Shown here piece after piece: positions 42,991-53,414 of a stretch of DNA of 56,883 bases. Position numbers and translations under genes: made by a program. The stretch is from Polyangiales bacterium (lineage in GTDB: Bacteria > Myxococcota_A > Polyangia > Polyangiales > Polyangiaceae), in the NCBI GenBank assembly GCA_038230375.1, contig JBBRNJ010000060.1, positions 1-56,883 of the forward strand. Reading direction: 5' to 3'. Within the stretch, counting starts at the first letter, position 1. The number at the start of each line of letters is the position of its first letter. The notes beneath the pieces are model-generated. The model made no database searches. It worked only from the letters and a program-made list of their open reading frames with translations, and was not told the origin of the DNA.

Positions 42991-43590
42991 ATGAGCGAAG
43001 AGCACCCGAACGCCCAGCGCGCCACCTTCTCCAACATGGCCGATTGCACGAAGGAGGACTGGGCGCTCATCGGCGGGCAGTTCGCGGAGTTCGCTAGCAA
43101 GCTGCCGGACCGCGTGCTCGCGCATCTTCGCCTGCTCGACGGCGACTATGGCGGCTTCCCCGTTGATCGCCTGACGCACTGCCTTCTTGCCGCCACGCTC
43201 GCGCACAAGGACAAGAAGGACGAGGAGTACGTGGTCTGCGCGCTGCTCCACGACATCGGCGACTCGCTCGGCACCTACAATCATCCAGACGTGGCAGGCG
43301 CGATCTTGAAGCCGTTCGTTTCGGAAGAGAACCTCTTCATGGTGGAGAAGCACGGCATCTTCCAGGGCTACTACTTCTTCCACCACATCAACATGAACCG
43401 GAACATGCGCGACGCATTCAAGGACCATCCGCACTACGCGCGGGTCGAGGAGTTCTGCGCGCAGTACGACGGCCCCGCGTTCGACGCGACGAAGGAGAAG
43501 CTCCCGCTCTCATTCTTCGAGCCCATGGTGCGCCGCGTGCTCGCGCAGCCAAAGACATCCATCTACAAGGCCGCGCTCCAGGCGAAGTAG
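42991..43590 (+). CDS. HD-domain metalloenzyme (PhnZ-like subgroup)
   Basis: RLTHCL...ALLHDIGD...NHPDV...KHGIFQGYY...YD. C-terminal part of listed ORF 42076..43590. Confidence 0.88.
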   Translation: MSEEHPNAQRATFSNMADCTKEDWALIGGQFAEFASKLPDRVLAHLRLLDGDYGGFPVDRLTHCLLAATLAHKDKKDEEYVVCALLHDIGDSLGTYNHPDVAGAILKPFVSEENLFMVEKHGIFQGYYFFHHINMNRNMRDAFKDHPHYARVEEFCAQYDGPAFDATKEKLPLSFFEPMVRRVLAQPKTSIYKAALQAK

Positions 43591-43615
43591 CCACCCGGTC
43601 GCGATGCGCTGACGC

Positions 43616-44485
43616 TCAGAGGCCGCGCGTGTGCTCCGCGCGCAGCGGGATGCGACCGTCGATCGCGGCATCGATCACAGCGATGATGCGTTCGCGATCG
43701 TGTGGGAGGCGCCCACCGAGCGGCAGATAGTTCGACGCATGGTTCGTCCTGAACATGGCGTTCGTGGGCCGCGCCTGCTCCACCATGGTGCGTAGCTCGG
43801 TCAGCAGCGTGGGCACGTCGGGCACCGCGAATTTCCCCTTGTTCGCAAGGCGATCGAGGGGCGTCCCCGGCACCACCGTCACCGTCAGCGCGGAGAAGAA
43901 CTCCGGGTCCATCTTCGTCACGAGCTCGGCGGTGGCGCGCGCGTGCTCTTCGCTGCGCTCCATGGCGATCCCCAGCAGCGCGATCACGCTGAGCTGCATT
44001 CCCGCCGCATGGGCCCGCTCCGCCGCCAGCACGTGTGCCGCCGCGTCGTCGCCCTTGGCGATCTTCTTCAGCGTGACGTCGTCCCCAGACTCGGGGCCAA
44101 TGTAGAGGAGCGTGAGCCCCGCAAGGAACAGCTCGCGCAGCTCCGCGTCCGTCTTGGCAAGGACGTTGCGGGCCATCGCATAACAGGAGACGCGGCGCAG
44201 GTTCGGGAACACGGCACGCGCATGCGACAGGATTGCCCGCCAGTGGTCCATCGGCAGGATGAGCGCGTCCCCGTCGGCCACGAAGAGCTTCGTGGTGTCC
44301 TCGCCGAACGCCGCGCCCGCGGCATCGAGGTCCGCCATGGTCTCCGCGAGCTCGCGCACGCGGAACTCCTTGTCGCGGTACATGTCGCAATACGTGCAGT
44401 GGTTCCACGAGCAACCGATGGTTGCCTGCAGAATACATGCATCCGCCTCGGACGGCGGGCGGTAGATGCGGCCTTCGTAACGCAC
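43616..44485 (-). CDS. Radical SAM protein without SPASM domain
   Basis: YEGRIYRPPSEA, CSWNHCTYC (CxxxCxxC), YIGPESG, FRTNHASNY. GTG start. Confidence 0.92.
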   Translation of the reverse strand: MRYEGRIYRPPSEADACILQATIGCSWNHCTYCDMYRDKEFRVRELAETMADLDAAGAAFGEDTTKLFVADGDALILPMDHWRAILSHARAVFPNLRRVSCYAMARNVLAKTDAELRELFLAGLTLLYIGPESGDDVTLKKIAKGDDAAAHVLAAERAHAAGMQLSVIALLGIAMERSEEHARATAELVTKMDPEFFSALTVTVVPGTPLDRLANKGKFAVPDVPTLLTELRTMVEQARPTNAMFRTNHASNYLPLGGRLPHDRERIIAVIDAAIDGRIPLRAEHTRGL

Positions 44486-46206
44486 TACTTCACGACGGTG
44501 GGCACGACGACCGTGTTCACGGAGGCGATGCTCGCGCCGGCCGGGTACGCATAGCTGACGTACTGGGTCGAGAATCCCATGCTCGCGCTCGAGCCCCAGC
44601 CCCACACGGTGAGGCCGAACGGTCCCTTGCTGTTCGCGCCGTGAATGCCGTTGTCGCAGTTGCCTTGCTTCGCGAAGTTGCCCTTCACCAGATCGACGCG
44701 CGTGTACTGGAACGACGGATTGATATCCGTCCAGCCGGTCAGCGTACCGGCGCAATCCAGTGAGACGTCCTGATACGTGCCCTTTGCATCCTTGCCGCGG
44801 ATGAACACGAGGTTCGTCTCGGGGTAGGTCGGATCGGTGAAGAACGTGTAGTCGGTCAGGTACTGGTTGTCGGGGAGCACGTTGACGAACTCGGGATCAC
44901 CCGGGCACCCTGCGTCAGACAAGCCGAGCGCGGAGCAGCCCGTCATGTACGTGGCGAGGTAGAACGGGTGATCTGCGTCCTGGCTCGACACGACGAACGG
45001 CCCAGGGCTGTTGAACTCCAGGACCTGCCCGGTCTTCACGAGCGGCGGGCCCTGCAGCGGGCCCCCGTCAACGCCGCCTTCAGGCGATATTCCTGGATCG
45101 AATGTGAGCATCGTTCCGTCGACCGCGCCCACGATGCGCCACGGCACGCTCTCTTCTTTTCCGTCGATGCGATTCCGGTAGCGAACACCGACGTAGCGGG
45201 AGCCCAGCGCGCGCACGGGCGGCAGTTGTTGATGCATCCCGTCGCACGCCTGGTTCCCGGTGGGCACGTCCGCGCAGATGTTGCCGCCCCAGACACCGAT
45301 GGGCTGGGTGGACTTCACGATCGTACCGGAGAGGTCGGCATCCTGTGCGAGCTGCAACGTCTGACCGCGGTCCAGGTGATACGTCGTGGGCGTATTCAAA
45401 GCTGCTCCCGCAACGCCAGTGGCGCCCTCGATGGCGACCGGCGCGAGCAACGTGATGTCCGTTGGCTGGGTGGCGACGAAGCCGAGCCATGCGGCGCGCC
45501 CGATGCCGTTGGAGTACGCGGTGGTCGCGATGTAGTTCACGTCCCACGCCGGGGTGGGAAGGAGGAGCGTGGCGCTCGTGATCGCGCTGTCGCCGCCGCC
45601 GTACGGAAAGAGATCGTAGGCGACCACCGGCGCGTTGGTCGTGATGTGGAAGGCGCTTCCGATACCGGTTCCCGGGAGCGCGGCAGCGGCAGCCGCGGAG
45701 GACATGCCGCCGGGGCACTTGCCGGACTGCTCGTTCGAGAGCATCACGATCGCGACCTGTTTCGGTGGGATGGTCGCGTTCGGAAGCGCCTTGTATGTGG
45801 TGGTGGAACCAGAGCCGGAGGGCAGGTACGAGAACTGGGTCGCGTCCAGCTGGCTCCCCTTGTACTCGACGCCGAGCTTCACGCCCGCGTTGGAGCTGTT
45901 CGCGATGAACGCCGCAAGGCAGTAACCAGAGGGCGGAGAAAACCCCTTGAGTGGAGGTGGCGGCAGCACGTAGTAGTCGCAGCCCACGGAGCTCTTGGCG
46001 GCCGCAGCGGCGGTGCAAGCCGGGCTCGTATTGAGGCCGCCATCACCGAATCCCGCCCCGATCACGACGCCAGAGTCGTTGTCGCCGGAGTCGGGCGAAA
46101 GATCACCCGTCGTCGGCGGATGGGATTTCGATCCGCACGCCCACGTGACCAACGCCAGTGCACTGCACAGGAACATGCCTCCGGCAATCGAATGAGCAAG
46201 CCGCAT
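44485..46206 (-). CDS. IgGFc-binding-domain lipoprotein
   Basis: Lipobox TWAC; SSVGCDYY, SATLLLP, DLSGTIV.STQPI.V, GDPEF, SYAYPAG. Confidence 0.85.
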   Translation of the reverse strand: MRLAHSIAGGMFLCSALALVTWACGSKSHPPTTGDLSPDSGDNDSGVVIGAGFGDGGLNTSPACTAAAAAKSSVGCDYYVLPPPPLKGFSPPSGYCLAAFIANSSNAGVKLGVEYKGSQLDATQFSYLPSGSGSTTTYKALPNATIPPKQVAIVMLSNEQSGKCPGGMSSAAAAAALPGTGIGSAFHITTNAPVVAYDLFPYGGGDSAITSATLLLPTPAWDVNYIATTAYSNGIGRAAWLGFVATQPTDITLLAPVAIEGATGVAGAALNTPTTYHLDRGQTLQLAQDADLSGTIVKSTQPIGVWGGNICADVPTGNQACDGMHQQLPPVRALGSRYVGVRYRNRIDGKEESVPWRIVGAVDGTMLTFDPGISPEGGVDGGPLQGPPLVKTGQVLEFNSPGPFVVSSQDADHPFYLATYMTGCSALGLSDAGCPGDPEFVNVLPDNQYLTDYTFFTDPTYPETNLVFIRGKDAKGTYQDVSLDCAGTLTGWTDINPSFQYTRVDLVKGNFAKQGNCDNGIHGANSKGPFGLTVWGWGSSASMGFSTQYVSYAYPAGASIASVNTVVVPTVVK

Positions 46207-46226
46207 ACATCCCTCCGGACAACATG

Positions 46227-47621
46227 TTAGCGCGACGCGAGCGATTTGCTGCCACGACCTTCGGATTCGTTCTTGATGTGCGCAAGCACACGTCCGTGGA
46301 TCGCGTGGATGGATGCGTCACTCCAGAGGCGCCAGTACGTCTCCGGGCCGATCGCGATGGTGTACACGCTCTGGGCGCGGACGCGCGTCTTGCCGCCGGG
46401 CAGGGCCTCGAGATCGAAGATTCCCTCCAGGTTGCGCACGTAGCCGTCAAGATGGGGCTGGCGCACGGTGTGATAGAGCGTCTGCTCGCGCAGCGGATCC
46501 GGCTGCGAATCGATGTGGAACGCGAAGTGGTTCGGCGCCTCGTAGCGCGTCACGGTCTCCATCGCGGTGCCGGTGTTGAACTCGCACCGCCGCGTGGCGC
46601 CCACGCGATCCTCGTCCATGGTTGCCCGCAGCGGGTAGGACACGCCGACCAGAAAGAGCGTCTCGGTGGGGGCAGGCATCTCGGACACGCGCACCACGTT
46701 CGGGAACACGCGCTCCGGCGGCGCGTCCACGATGATCTCGGTCACGACCGGCGGAGGGGTGAGCGGCGGCAGCGGGTTCACGTGCTCCAGCGCGAAGATC
46801 GCGGGAAGCGAGAGGAGGCCCGCGGCGATCGCCGGCGCCACGTTCCGCGCCCCCACGGACCGCGCCATGGTGAACCCGATGAACGAACCGACGAACGCCG
46901 GGATGACCAGTAGCGGGATTGCCATCACCAGACAGACCGCGCCCTCCGCCGCGAAGAGGATGATGACGCCGAGCGTGAGCGCGCACGTCATGAACGTTGC
47001 AAACGCGGCGCGCCCGAATTTCCCCCCTGGATCGAGCCGTGCGTAGAACGCGCCGGTGGCGAACCCGGAGATGGTGGGCGCCCCGAGCATGAGCGCGGCT
47101 CCGTACTCCTTGAAGATCCCCACCGACAGGGCGAGCGCGCCAAGGCCGATCACCGTGCCAAGGCCCGCGGACATGAAGAGCACTGCACCGGGTGATCGCG
47201 GCGGTACGGGGATCGGCACGGCCTGCCCGCTCTGCCGGTAGGCATCCTGCGGTGGCATTGCTTGGGGTGCGCTGAGCGGCCGCGATGGCGCGACCGCGGC
47301 GAGCCCGAAGAAGAGCAGGTTCGCGAACGGCACGAAGAACAGCAACGCGAGGAACGGAGAGAGCGCTGCATCCACCAGGCGCCGCGCAGTGAGCCACACT
47401 CCCAGCGCGATGAACGGAATGGCGCATGCCCACATCGCTGCGTAGAACTTGTGGTTCTCGCCCGGGTGGAAGAGCGGCGCGTCCACGGGGCTCACATAGT
47501 AAAGGAGCGAGAACGGACGCCCGAATGCGTGCGCGATGCCGAAGTCCGTCCCGACCTTGAGGACAGAGAGACCGGCCCCAAGGGCGAAGAAGGGCAGGCG
47601 CCCGAGCGGCTTGAACGACAT
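46227..47621 (-). CDS. DUF805-like membrane protein fused to an SRPBCC domain
   Basis: TARRLVDA...FVPFANL; several TM helices; VTEIIVDAPPERVF. Confidence 0.75.
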   Translation of the reverse strand: MSFKPLGRLPFFALGAGLSVLKVGTDFGIAHAFGRPFSLLYYVSPVDAPLFHPGENHKFYAAMWACAIPFIALGVWLTARRLVDAALSPFLALLFFVPFANLLFFGLAAVAPSRPLSAPQAMPPQDAYRQSGQAVPIPVPPRSPGAVLFMSAGLGTVIGLGALALSVGIFKEYGAALMLGAPTISGFATGAFYARLDPGGKFGRAAFATFMTCALTLGVIILFAAEGAVCLVMAIPLLVIPAFVGSFIGFTMARSVGARNVAPAIAAGLLSLPAIFALEHVNPLPPLTPPPVVTEIIVDAPPERVFPNVVRVSEMPAPTETLFLVGVSYPLRATMDEDRVGATRRCEFNTGTAMETVTRYEAPNHFAFHIDSQPDPLREQTLYHTVRQPHLDGYVRNLEGIFDLEALPGGKTRVRAQSVYTIAIGPETYWRLWSDASIHAIHGRVLAHIKNESEGRGSKSLASR

Positions 47622-47708
47622 GTGGCCGTGATGATGTCACGCGTGGGCGCGACTCGAAATCAGAAGATTCTGGGCAACGAAACGGGCGCCGGGAGCATCC
47701 GAAGGCCT

Positions 47709-48866
47709 GTGCGCTATCTCCTCGTCATCGTAGGTTTGGTTGCCCTGATCGGGGGGCTCGTCGCCGTCAAGGGCTCGCAGATAGGTGGGCTCATCGCCAT
47801 GGGCAAGGCCATGGAGAAATCAGGCCCTCCGCCCGAGTTCGTGTCCACCGCCATTGCGGAGACGCAGAAGTGGGAAGGGACCATCTCTGCCGTGGGCAGC
47901 ATCGCGCCCGTGAAGGGCGTCGCCGTCAGCAACGACGCGCCCGGCGTGGTCACGCGCATCGGCTTCGAGTCGGGCGCGCTGGTCCACGAAGGCCAGGTGC
48001 TGGTGGAGCTCGACACCAGCGTGGAGCGCGCGCAGCTCTCCTCCACGCAGGCGCGACTGGAGCTCGCGAAGCTCACCGCAGCTCGCTCGCGCACCCTCGT
48101 GCAGTCGAACGCGATCGCCCCCGCGCAGCTGGACAACGACGAGGCGCAGCTCAAGGCCACCACGTCGGACATCGAAGGCATCCATGCGCAGATCGCTCGC
48201 AAGATCATCCATGCTCCGTTCAGCGGGCGCCTGGGCATCCGCAACGTGAACCTGGGCCAGTACCTGAACCCGGGGACCGCGATCACCGTGCTCGAAGCGA
48301 TCGATCAGGTCTACGTGGATTTTCCGCTGCCGCAGCAGCGCCTGTCCGACGTGAAGGTGGGAATGCCCGTGCGCGTGACGCTCGACGCCAGCAATGGCAG
48401 CGGAACGTGGGATGGCGCCGTGAAGGCCATCGACCCCACGGTGGACTCGTCGACCCGCACGCTGAAGCTTCGCGCCACCGTGCCGAACAAGGAAGAGAAG
48501 CTCCGTCCTGGCATGTTCGCGAACGTGACGCTGGTCCTTCCAGAGCGCGCGAGCCAGGTGATCGTCCCGCAGACGGCGGTCATCCACGCCTCGTACGGCG
48601 ACTCCGTGTTCGTGGTGGAGGACAAGAAGGCGGATTCGCCTGGCGCCAACACGGCGCAGGGTGGTCAACCGATCAAGATCGCGCGCCAGCAGTTCGTACG
48701 TGTGGGCGACGCGCGCGGTGACTTCGTGTCGATCATCGACGGCGTGAAGAGCGGCGAGTTGCTGGTCGCTGCCGGCGCCTTCAAGCTCCGCAACGGCGGC
48801 CCCATTGTCGTAGACAACTCGGTCTTGACGAAGCCGCAGCTGCACCCGACGCCCGCGAATCACTGA
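47709..48866 (+). CDS. RND efflux membrane fusion protein
   Basis: GVVTRIGFESG..V..GQVLVELD, IHAPFSG, LRPGMFA. GTG start near 47709. Confidence 0.93.
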   Translation: MRYLLVIVGLVALIGGLVAVKGSQIGGLIAMGKAMEKSGPPPEFVSTAIAETQKWEGTISAVGSIAPVKGVAVSNDAPGVVTRIGFESGALVHEGQVLVELDTSVERAQLSSTQARLELAKLTAARSRTLVQSNAIAPAQLDNDEAQLKATTSDIEGIHAQIARKIIHAPFSGRLGIRNVNLGQYLNPGTAITVLEAIDQVYVDFPLPQQRLSDVKVGMPVRVTLDASNGSGTWDGAVKAIDPTVDSSTRTLKLRATVPNKEEKLRPGMFANVTLVLPERASQVIVPQTAVIHASYGDSVFVVEDKKADSPGANTAQGGQPIKIARQQFVRVGDARGDFVSIIDGVKSGELLVAAGAFKLRNGGPIVVDNSVLTKPQLHPTPANH

Positions 48867-48879
48867 CCCGGAGGATGCC

Positions 48880-51800
48880 ATGAAGTTCACGGACATCTTC
48901 ATCCGCCGGCCGGTGCTGGCGATCGTCGTCAACCTGGTGATCATCATCGCCGGGCTGCAGGCGGTGCGAACGCTCAACGTTCGCCAGTACCCCAAGCTGG
49001 AGAGCGCCACCGTCACCGTGCGCACCGCCTATGTCGGCGCAAACGCGGACCTCGTGCGCGGCTTCATCACGACGCCACTCGAGCGCTCGATCGCGGCCGC
49101 CGACGGGATCGACTACATCGAGTCGCAGAGCGTCCAGGGCCTGTCCACGATCAACGTGCGTTTGAAGCTCAATTTCAACGCCTCCAACGCGCTTGCGGAC
49201 ATCAGCGCGCGCGTGAACCAGGTGCGCGCCGACCTTCCGCCAGAGGCGGAGGTGCCTGCGATCAACATCGAGAGCTCGGACGCGCAGATCGCGGCGATGT
49301 ACCTCTCGTTCGGGTCCACGATCCTGGAAGAGAACCAGGTCACCGACTATCTGATCCGTGTCGTGCAGCCTCGCCTGTCCGCCATCGAGGGCGTGCAGCG
49401 CGCGGACATCCTGGGCGGGCGCACGTTCGCCATCCGCGCATGGCTGAAGCCCGAGAAGATGGCGTCACTCAACGTCAGCCCGTCGCAGGTGCGCCAGGCG
49501 CTGGGCGGCAACAACTATCTCTCGGCGGTGGGCCAGACGAAGGGCGCGCTGATCCAGAAGAACATCACCGCAAGCACGGACCTCCACTCCGTGGACGAGT
49601 TCAAGAAGCTAGTCATCCGCCAGCAGGGCGGCGCGCTCGTGCGCCTGGAGGACGTGGCGGATGTGGAGCTGGGCGCCGACAACTACGAGGGCGACGTCCG
49701 CTTCTCCGGCAAGAAGGCCGTGTTCATGGGCATCTGGGTGCTCCCGAACGCGAACTCGCTCGACGTGATCGCAGCCGTCCGCAAGGAGATGGAGACCGTG
49801 AAGGCGGAGCTGCCCACGGGCGTGCAGGCCAGCATCGCGTTCGACTCCACGAAGTACATCGACAGCGCTATCCACGAGGTCGAGCACACGCTCATCGAGA
49901 CGGTGCTCATCGTCATCTTCGTCATCTTCCTGTTCCTGGGGTCGTTCCGGACCGTGCTGGTGCCGCTGGTCGCGATCCCGGTGTCGCTGATCGGCGCAGT
50001 GTTCCTCATGCAGGTGCTGGGCTTCACGCTGAACCTGCTCACGCTGCTCGCCGTCGTGCTCGCGGTAGGCCTTGTCGTGGACGACGCGATCGTCGTCGTG
50101 GAGAACGTGGAGCGCAACATCCGCGAGGGCAAGACGCCCATGCAGGCGGCCATCGCCGGCGCGCGTGAGCTCGTCGGGCCGATCATCGCCATGACGATCA
50201 CGCTCGGCGCCGTCTACGCGCCCATCGGCTTCCAGGGCGGCCTCACCGGCGCGCTCTTCCGCGAGTTCGCGTTCACGCTCGCCGGCGCCGTCTTCATCTC
50301 CGGCATCGTCGCGCTCACGCTGTCGCCCATGATGGCGTCGCGTCTGCTCAAGGCGGAGCACTCACAAGGACTGCTGGCACGGCTCATCGATCGCGGCTTC
50401 GAGGCGGTTCGCCGCACGTACACGCGCATCTTGTCCGGCACATTGCGCTCGCGGGGCCTGGTCTACGGCGTGTGGATCACGCTCTCTGTCCTGGTCATCC
50501 CGATGTACATGTTCTCCCCGCAGGAGCTTGCTCCGAACGAGGACCAGGGCGTCATCTTCGGCGCCATCGACGCGCCCGCGAACGCGACGCTAGAGCAGGT
50601 GCAGACGTACACCGCGGAGGTGTTCGACACATTCCAGAAAGAGCCGGAGTTCGATCACAGCTTCCAGATCACGTTCGCGACTGGCGGCTTCGGTGGCATG
50701 CTGGCAAAGCCCTGGGAGGAGCGCAAACGAAGCATCTTCCCCATCCAGAACGAGCTCTTCGGCAAGCTGTCCGGCATCACGGGCGTGCGCGCGCCGGTGT
50801 TCCTTCCATCTGCGCTGCCCTCGGCTGGGTTCTTCCCCGTGGAGTTCGTGATCGCCTCCACGGCTCCGCACGAGGAGCTCCTTCGCTACGCCGACCAGTT
50901 GCAGCAGGCGGCCGTGAAGAGCGGCCTGTTCGCGTTCCCTCCCGGCATGGATGTGCGCATCGATCAGGCGCGCACGGACATCATCGTGGACAAGGACAAG
51001 GTCGCTTCGATGGGCCTCTCCATGCAGACAGTCGGCGCGGACCTGTCGTCCATGATGGGCGGCAACTTCGTGAACCGCTTCAATATCGACGGCCGCAGCT
51101 ACAAGGTCATCCCGCAGATCCAGCGCATGGACCGGCTGACACCGGAGCAGCTGAACGACATCTACGTGACCGGTCCGAACGGGCAGCTGATGCCGCTCGC
51201 CGCCGTTGCGACCCTGCGCGAGAGCGTGGAGCCGCGCACGTTGAACCGCTTCCAGCAGCTCAACGCGGTGAAGCTCTCCGGACTCTCTCCTCGCGGGCTG
51301 GACGGCGGGCTCAAGGTGCTCGAGCAAGAGGCGGCGAAGATCCTGCCACCGGGCTACCGCATCGACTACACGGGCGAGTCGCGTCAGCTTCGTCAGGAGG
51401 GCGGCAAGTTCCTGCCCGCCATGGGCCTTGCGCTGCTGCTCATCTTCCTGGTGCTCGCGGCGCAGTTCAATTCGTTCCGCGATCCGTTCGTCATCCTGGC
51501 GGGGTCCGTGCCACTGGCAATGTTCGGCGCGATGATCTTCACGTTCCTGAAGTTCGCGGGCCCGCCCGGCATGTCGTTCAAGCTCACCGAGGGCTGGACC
51601 ACCACGCTGAACATCTACTCGCAGGTCGGTCTGGTGACACTGGTCGGCCTGGTGTCGAAGAACGGAATCCTCATCGTCGAGTTCGCGAACGCCCAGCAAG
51701 AGAAGGGCCTCTCGAAGATCGACGCCGTGCGCGAGGCCGCCAGCACTCGCCTGCGCCCCATCCTCATGACCACGGTCGCCACTGTCGTCGGCCATTTCCC

Positions 51801-52026
51801 GCTCACGCTCGTGACGGGCGCCGGCGCCGTCGCTCGAAAAACCATCGGCGTGGTGCTCATAGGCGGCAAGACCAACGGGACGCTGTTCACGCTCTTCGTC
51901 GTCCCGTCCGTCTACGTCCTCATCGCGAAGGACCACCGCAAGCACGAAAACGCGGGGGAGCGGGCCGAGGGGGAAGCGGACACAGGACTCGACTTCCCTG
52001 GCGAGGCGACTGCATCGCATCCGTGA
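48880..52026 (+). CDS. RND efflux permease (AcrB/MexW-like)
   Basis: FIRRPV, GLVVDDAIVVVEN, KNGILIVEFA, RLRPILMT; 1048 aa. Confidence 0.96.
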   Translation: MKFTDIFIRRPVLAIVVNLVIIIAGLQAVRTLNVRQYPKLESATVTVRTAYVGANADLVRGFITTPLERSIAAADGIDYIESQSVQGLSTINVRLKLNFNASNALADISARVNQVRADLPPEAEVPAINIESSDAQIAAMYLSFGSTILEENQVTDYLIRVVQPRLSAIEGVQRADILGGRTFAIRAWLKPEKMASLNVSPSQVRQALGGNNYLSAVGQTKGALIQKNITASTDLHSVDEFKKLVIRQQGGALVRLEDVADVELGADNYEGDVRFSGKKAVFMGIWVLPNANSLDVIAAVRKEMETVKAELPTGVQASIAFDSTKYIDSAIHEVEHTLIETVLIVIFVIFLFLGSFRTVLVPLVAIPVSLIGAVFLMQVLGFTLNLLTLLAVVLAVGLVVDDAIVVVENVERNIREGKTPMQAAIAGARELVGPIIAMTITLGAVYAPIGFQGGLTGALFREFAFTLAGAVFISGIVALTLSPMMASRLLKAEHSQGLLARLIDRGFEAVRRTYTRILSGTLRSRGLVYGVWITLSVLVIPMYMFSPQELAPNEDQGVIFGAIDAPANATLEQVQTYTAEVFDTFQKEPEFDHSFQITFATGGFGGMLAKPWEERKRSIFPIQNELFGKLSGITGVRAPVFLPSALPSAGFFPVEFVIASTAPHEELLRYADQLQQAAVKSGLFAFPPGMDVRIDQARTDIIVDKDKVASMGLSMQTVGADLSSMMGGNFVNRFNIDGRSYKVIPQIQRMDRLTPEQLNDIYVTGPNGQLMPLAAVATLRESVEPRTLNRFQQLNAVKLSGLSPRGLDGGLKVLEQEAAKILPPGYRIDYTGESRQLRQEGGKFLPAMGLALLLIFLVLAAQFNSFRDPFVILAGSVPLAMFGAMIFTFLKFAGPPGMSFKLTEGWTTTLNIYSQVGLVTLVGLVSKNGILIVEFANAQQEKGLSKIDAVREAASTRLRPILMTTVATVVGHFPLTLVTGAGAVARKTIGVVLIGGKTNGTLFTLFVVPSVYVLIAKDHRKHENAGERAEGEADTGLDFPGEATASHP

Positions 52027-52092
52027 GACTGCTGGTAACTGCAGTGACCATCCGCGTTCCACGAAAATGGGGCCTTGCCCGCAAGTTCTCGT

Positions 52093-53406
52093 ATGCTCCA
52101 TGCTGTGGCAGTGCGGGATCTGGAGACGGAGCTACGAGAGAACGTTCCGTTCCCCGTAGCGGAGGCCGTGGACATCGTCGTGGAGCTGGCGGAGGTCCTT
52201 GCGCGGACCCACGAGCTCGGCGCCGTGAACGGACGGGTCTCGACGGCGAATATCGTGGTGGAGCGCGGCGTGTTCGGCACCGCGAAGCTGCGGCCTGCGT
52301 CGGTGGGCGCGATGGGCACGCGGACGAACCAGTCGATCCGCTCACATCTCTATCTCTCGCCGGAGCAGATCGCTGACACCCAGGACCTCCTCGCCGCGAC
52401 CGACATCTGGTCGCTCGGCGTCGTTCTCTATGAGCTCATGGCCGGACGCCCGCCGTTCCCAGACGCGGAGGCCATCAAGCGCGGAACGTTTGCTCCCCTC
52501 CGTGGCGTACGAGAATGTCCCGCGCCGCTCGAGATGGCCATCACGTCTTGCCTGCAGCGCAGCCCGTTCGCGCGCACGCAGTCGATCGCGAGCTTTGCGC
52601 TCAACATCGCGCCGTTCGGGAGTAGCCGGAGCAAGATCCTGATCCCGAAGCTGAAGGCGATGGAGCCGCCTGCGAGCGACCCGACGATGCACTCGGCCGC
52701 CGAGGACCGCGAGAGCGAGCCCACACCCAACAGGGCAGAGCCCGCGAGCGACCCAACGTTGCAGAAGGCAGACGCCTGGAGGAACCCAACGCTCGAGAGA
52801 GCCGAGGCCGACGCGCCGACGCTGCCGCCCAACACGGACGCGCGGCACGCGGCGGATGACGAGGGCGCCACCATGATGGTGCCGACGTCGGCGAGCGGAG
52901 AGATCACGGAGGTCGAGGACCTGCTCGACGAGGAGCCCGACACGTTCGTGAAGCCCACAGTGCCCGTCGGCTTCGCGCCGCTCGGGACGCCGATACTCCC
53001 GACTGCGACGCCTGCGCCGACACGCGCGGCAAGGGTCGACAGCGCGTTCAAGGACAAGACGCAGCGCATCTCGTCCGCGCAGCTACAGGAGCTGGGCAAG
53101 CACATTACAGCGGTGCGCGGAAAGCAGACGTCACAGCCAAACGTACAGGCCGCGATGGCCTCGCCGCAACGGCACCTCGCCACGATGCCGCGCGCCCCTT
53201 CGTCGCCCGAGCTCGGCACGCCCATCTCGAACATCCGCATGCGTGACGGCGCAGGCCTGGCGCCAGCGGACGCTCCGCCGCAACTCGAGGCCATGAAGGC
53301 GCCGCTCAAGCCGTCCAAGCTGCCCGTCGTCGTGAGCGTCGTGTCGCTCACGGTCTTCATCGCGTGCGTGGTGGCGGCCGCGCTCATCCTGCTGATGCAC
53401 CGCTAA
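52093..53406 (+). CDS. Degenerate Ser/Thr kinase (C-lobe only) with disordered linker and C-terminal TM
   Basis: YLSPEQ and DIWSLGVVLYELMAGRPPF retained; no Gly loop, VAxK, HRD or DFG. Confidence 0.78.
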   Translation: MLHAVAVRDLETELRENVPFPVAEAVDIVVELAEVLARTHELGAVNGRVSTANIVVERGVFGTAKLRPASVGAMGTRTNQSIRSHLYLSPEQIADTQDLLAATDIWSLGVVLYELMAGRPPFPDAEAIKRGTFAPLRGVRECPAPLEMAITSCLQRSPFARTQSIASFALNIAPFGSSRSKILIPKLKAMEPPASDPTMHSAAEDRESEPTPNRAEPASDPTLQKADAWRNPTLERAEADAPTLPPNTDARHAADDEGATMMVPTSASGEITEVEDLLDEEPDTFVKPTVPVGFAPLGTPILPTATPAPTRAARVDSAFKDKTQRISSAQLQELGKHITAVRGKQTSQPNVQAAMASPQRHLATMPRAPSSPELGTPISNIRMRDGAGLAPADAPPQLEAMKAPLKPSKLPVVVSVVSLTVFIACVVAAALILLMHR

Positions 53407-53414
53407 GCAGCGCT

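Noticed and set aside
43616..44485. Radical SAM as maturase for the YG-motif protein or another RiPP
   Set aside because: It has no SPASM/twitch Cys motif, no adjacent precursor, and lies 31 kb away.
51835..51880. Adenine-specific variation as a sign of a diversity-generating retroelement
   Set aside because: No reverse transcriptase and no template/variable repeat pair in the window.
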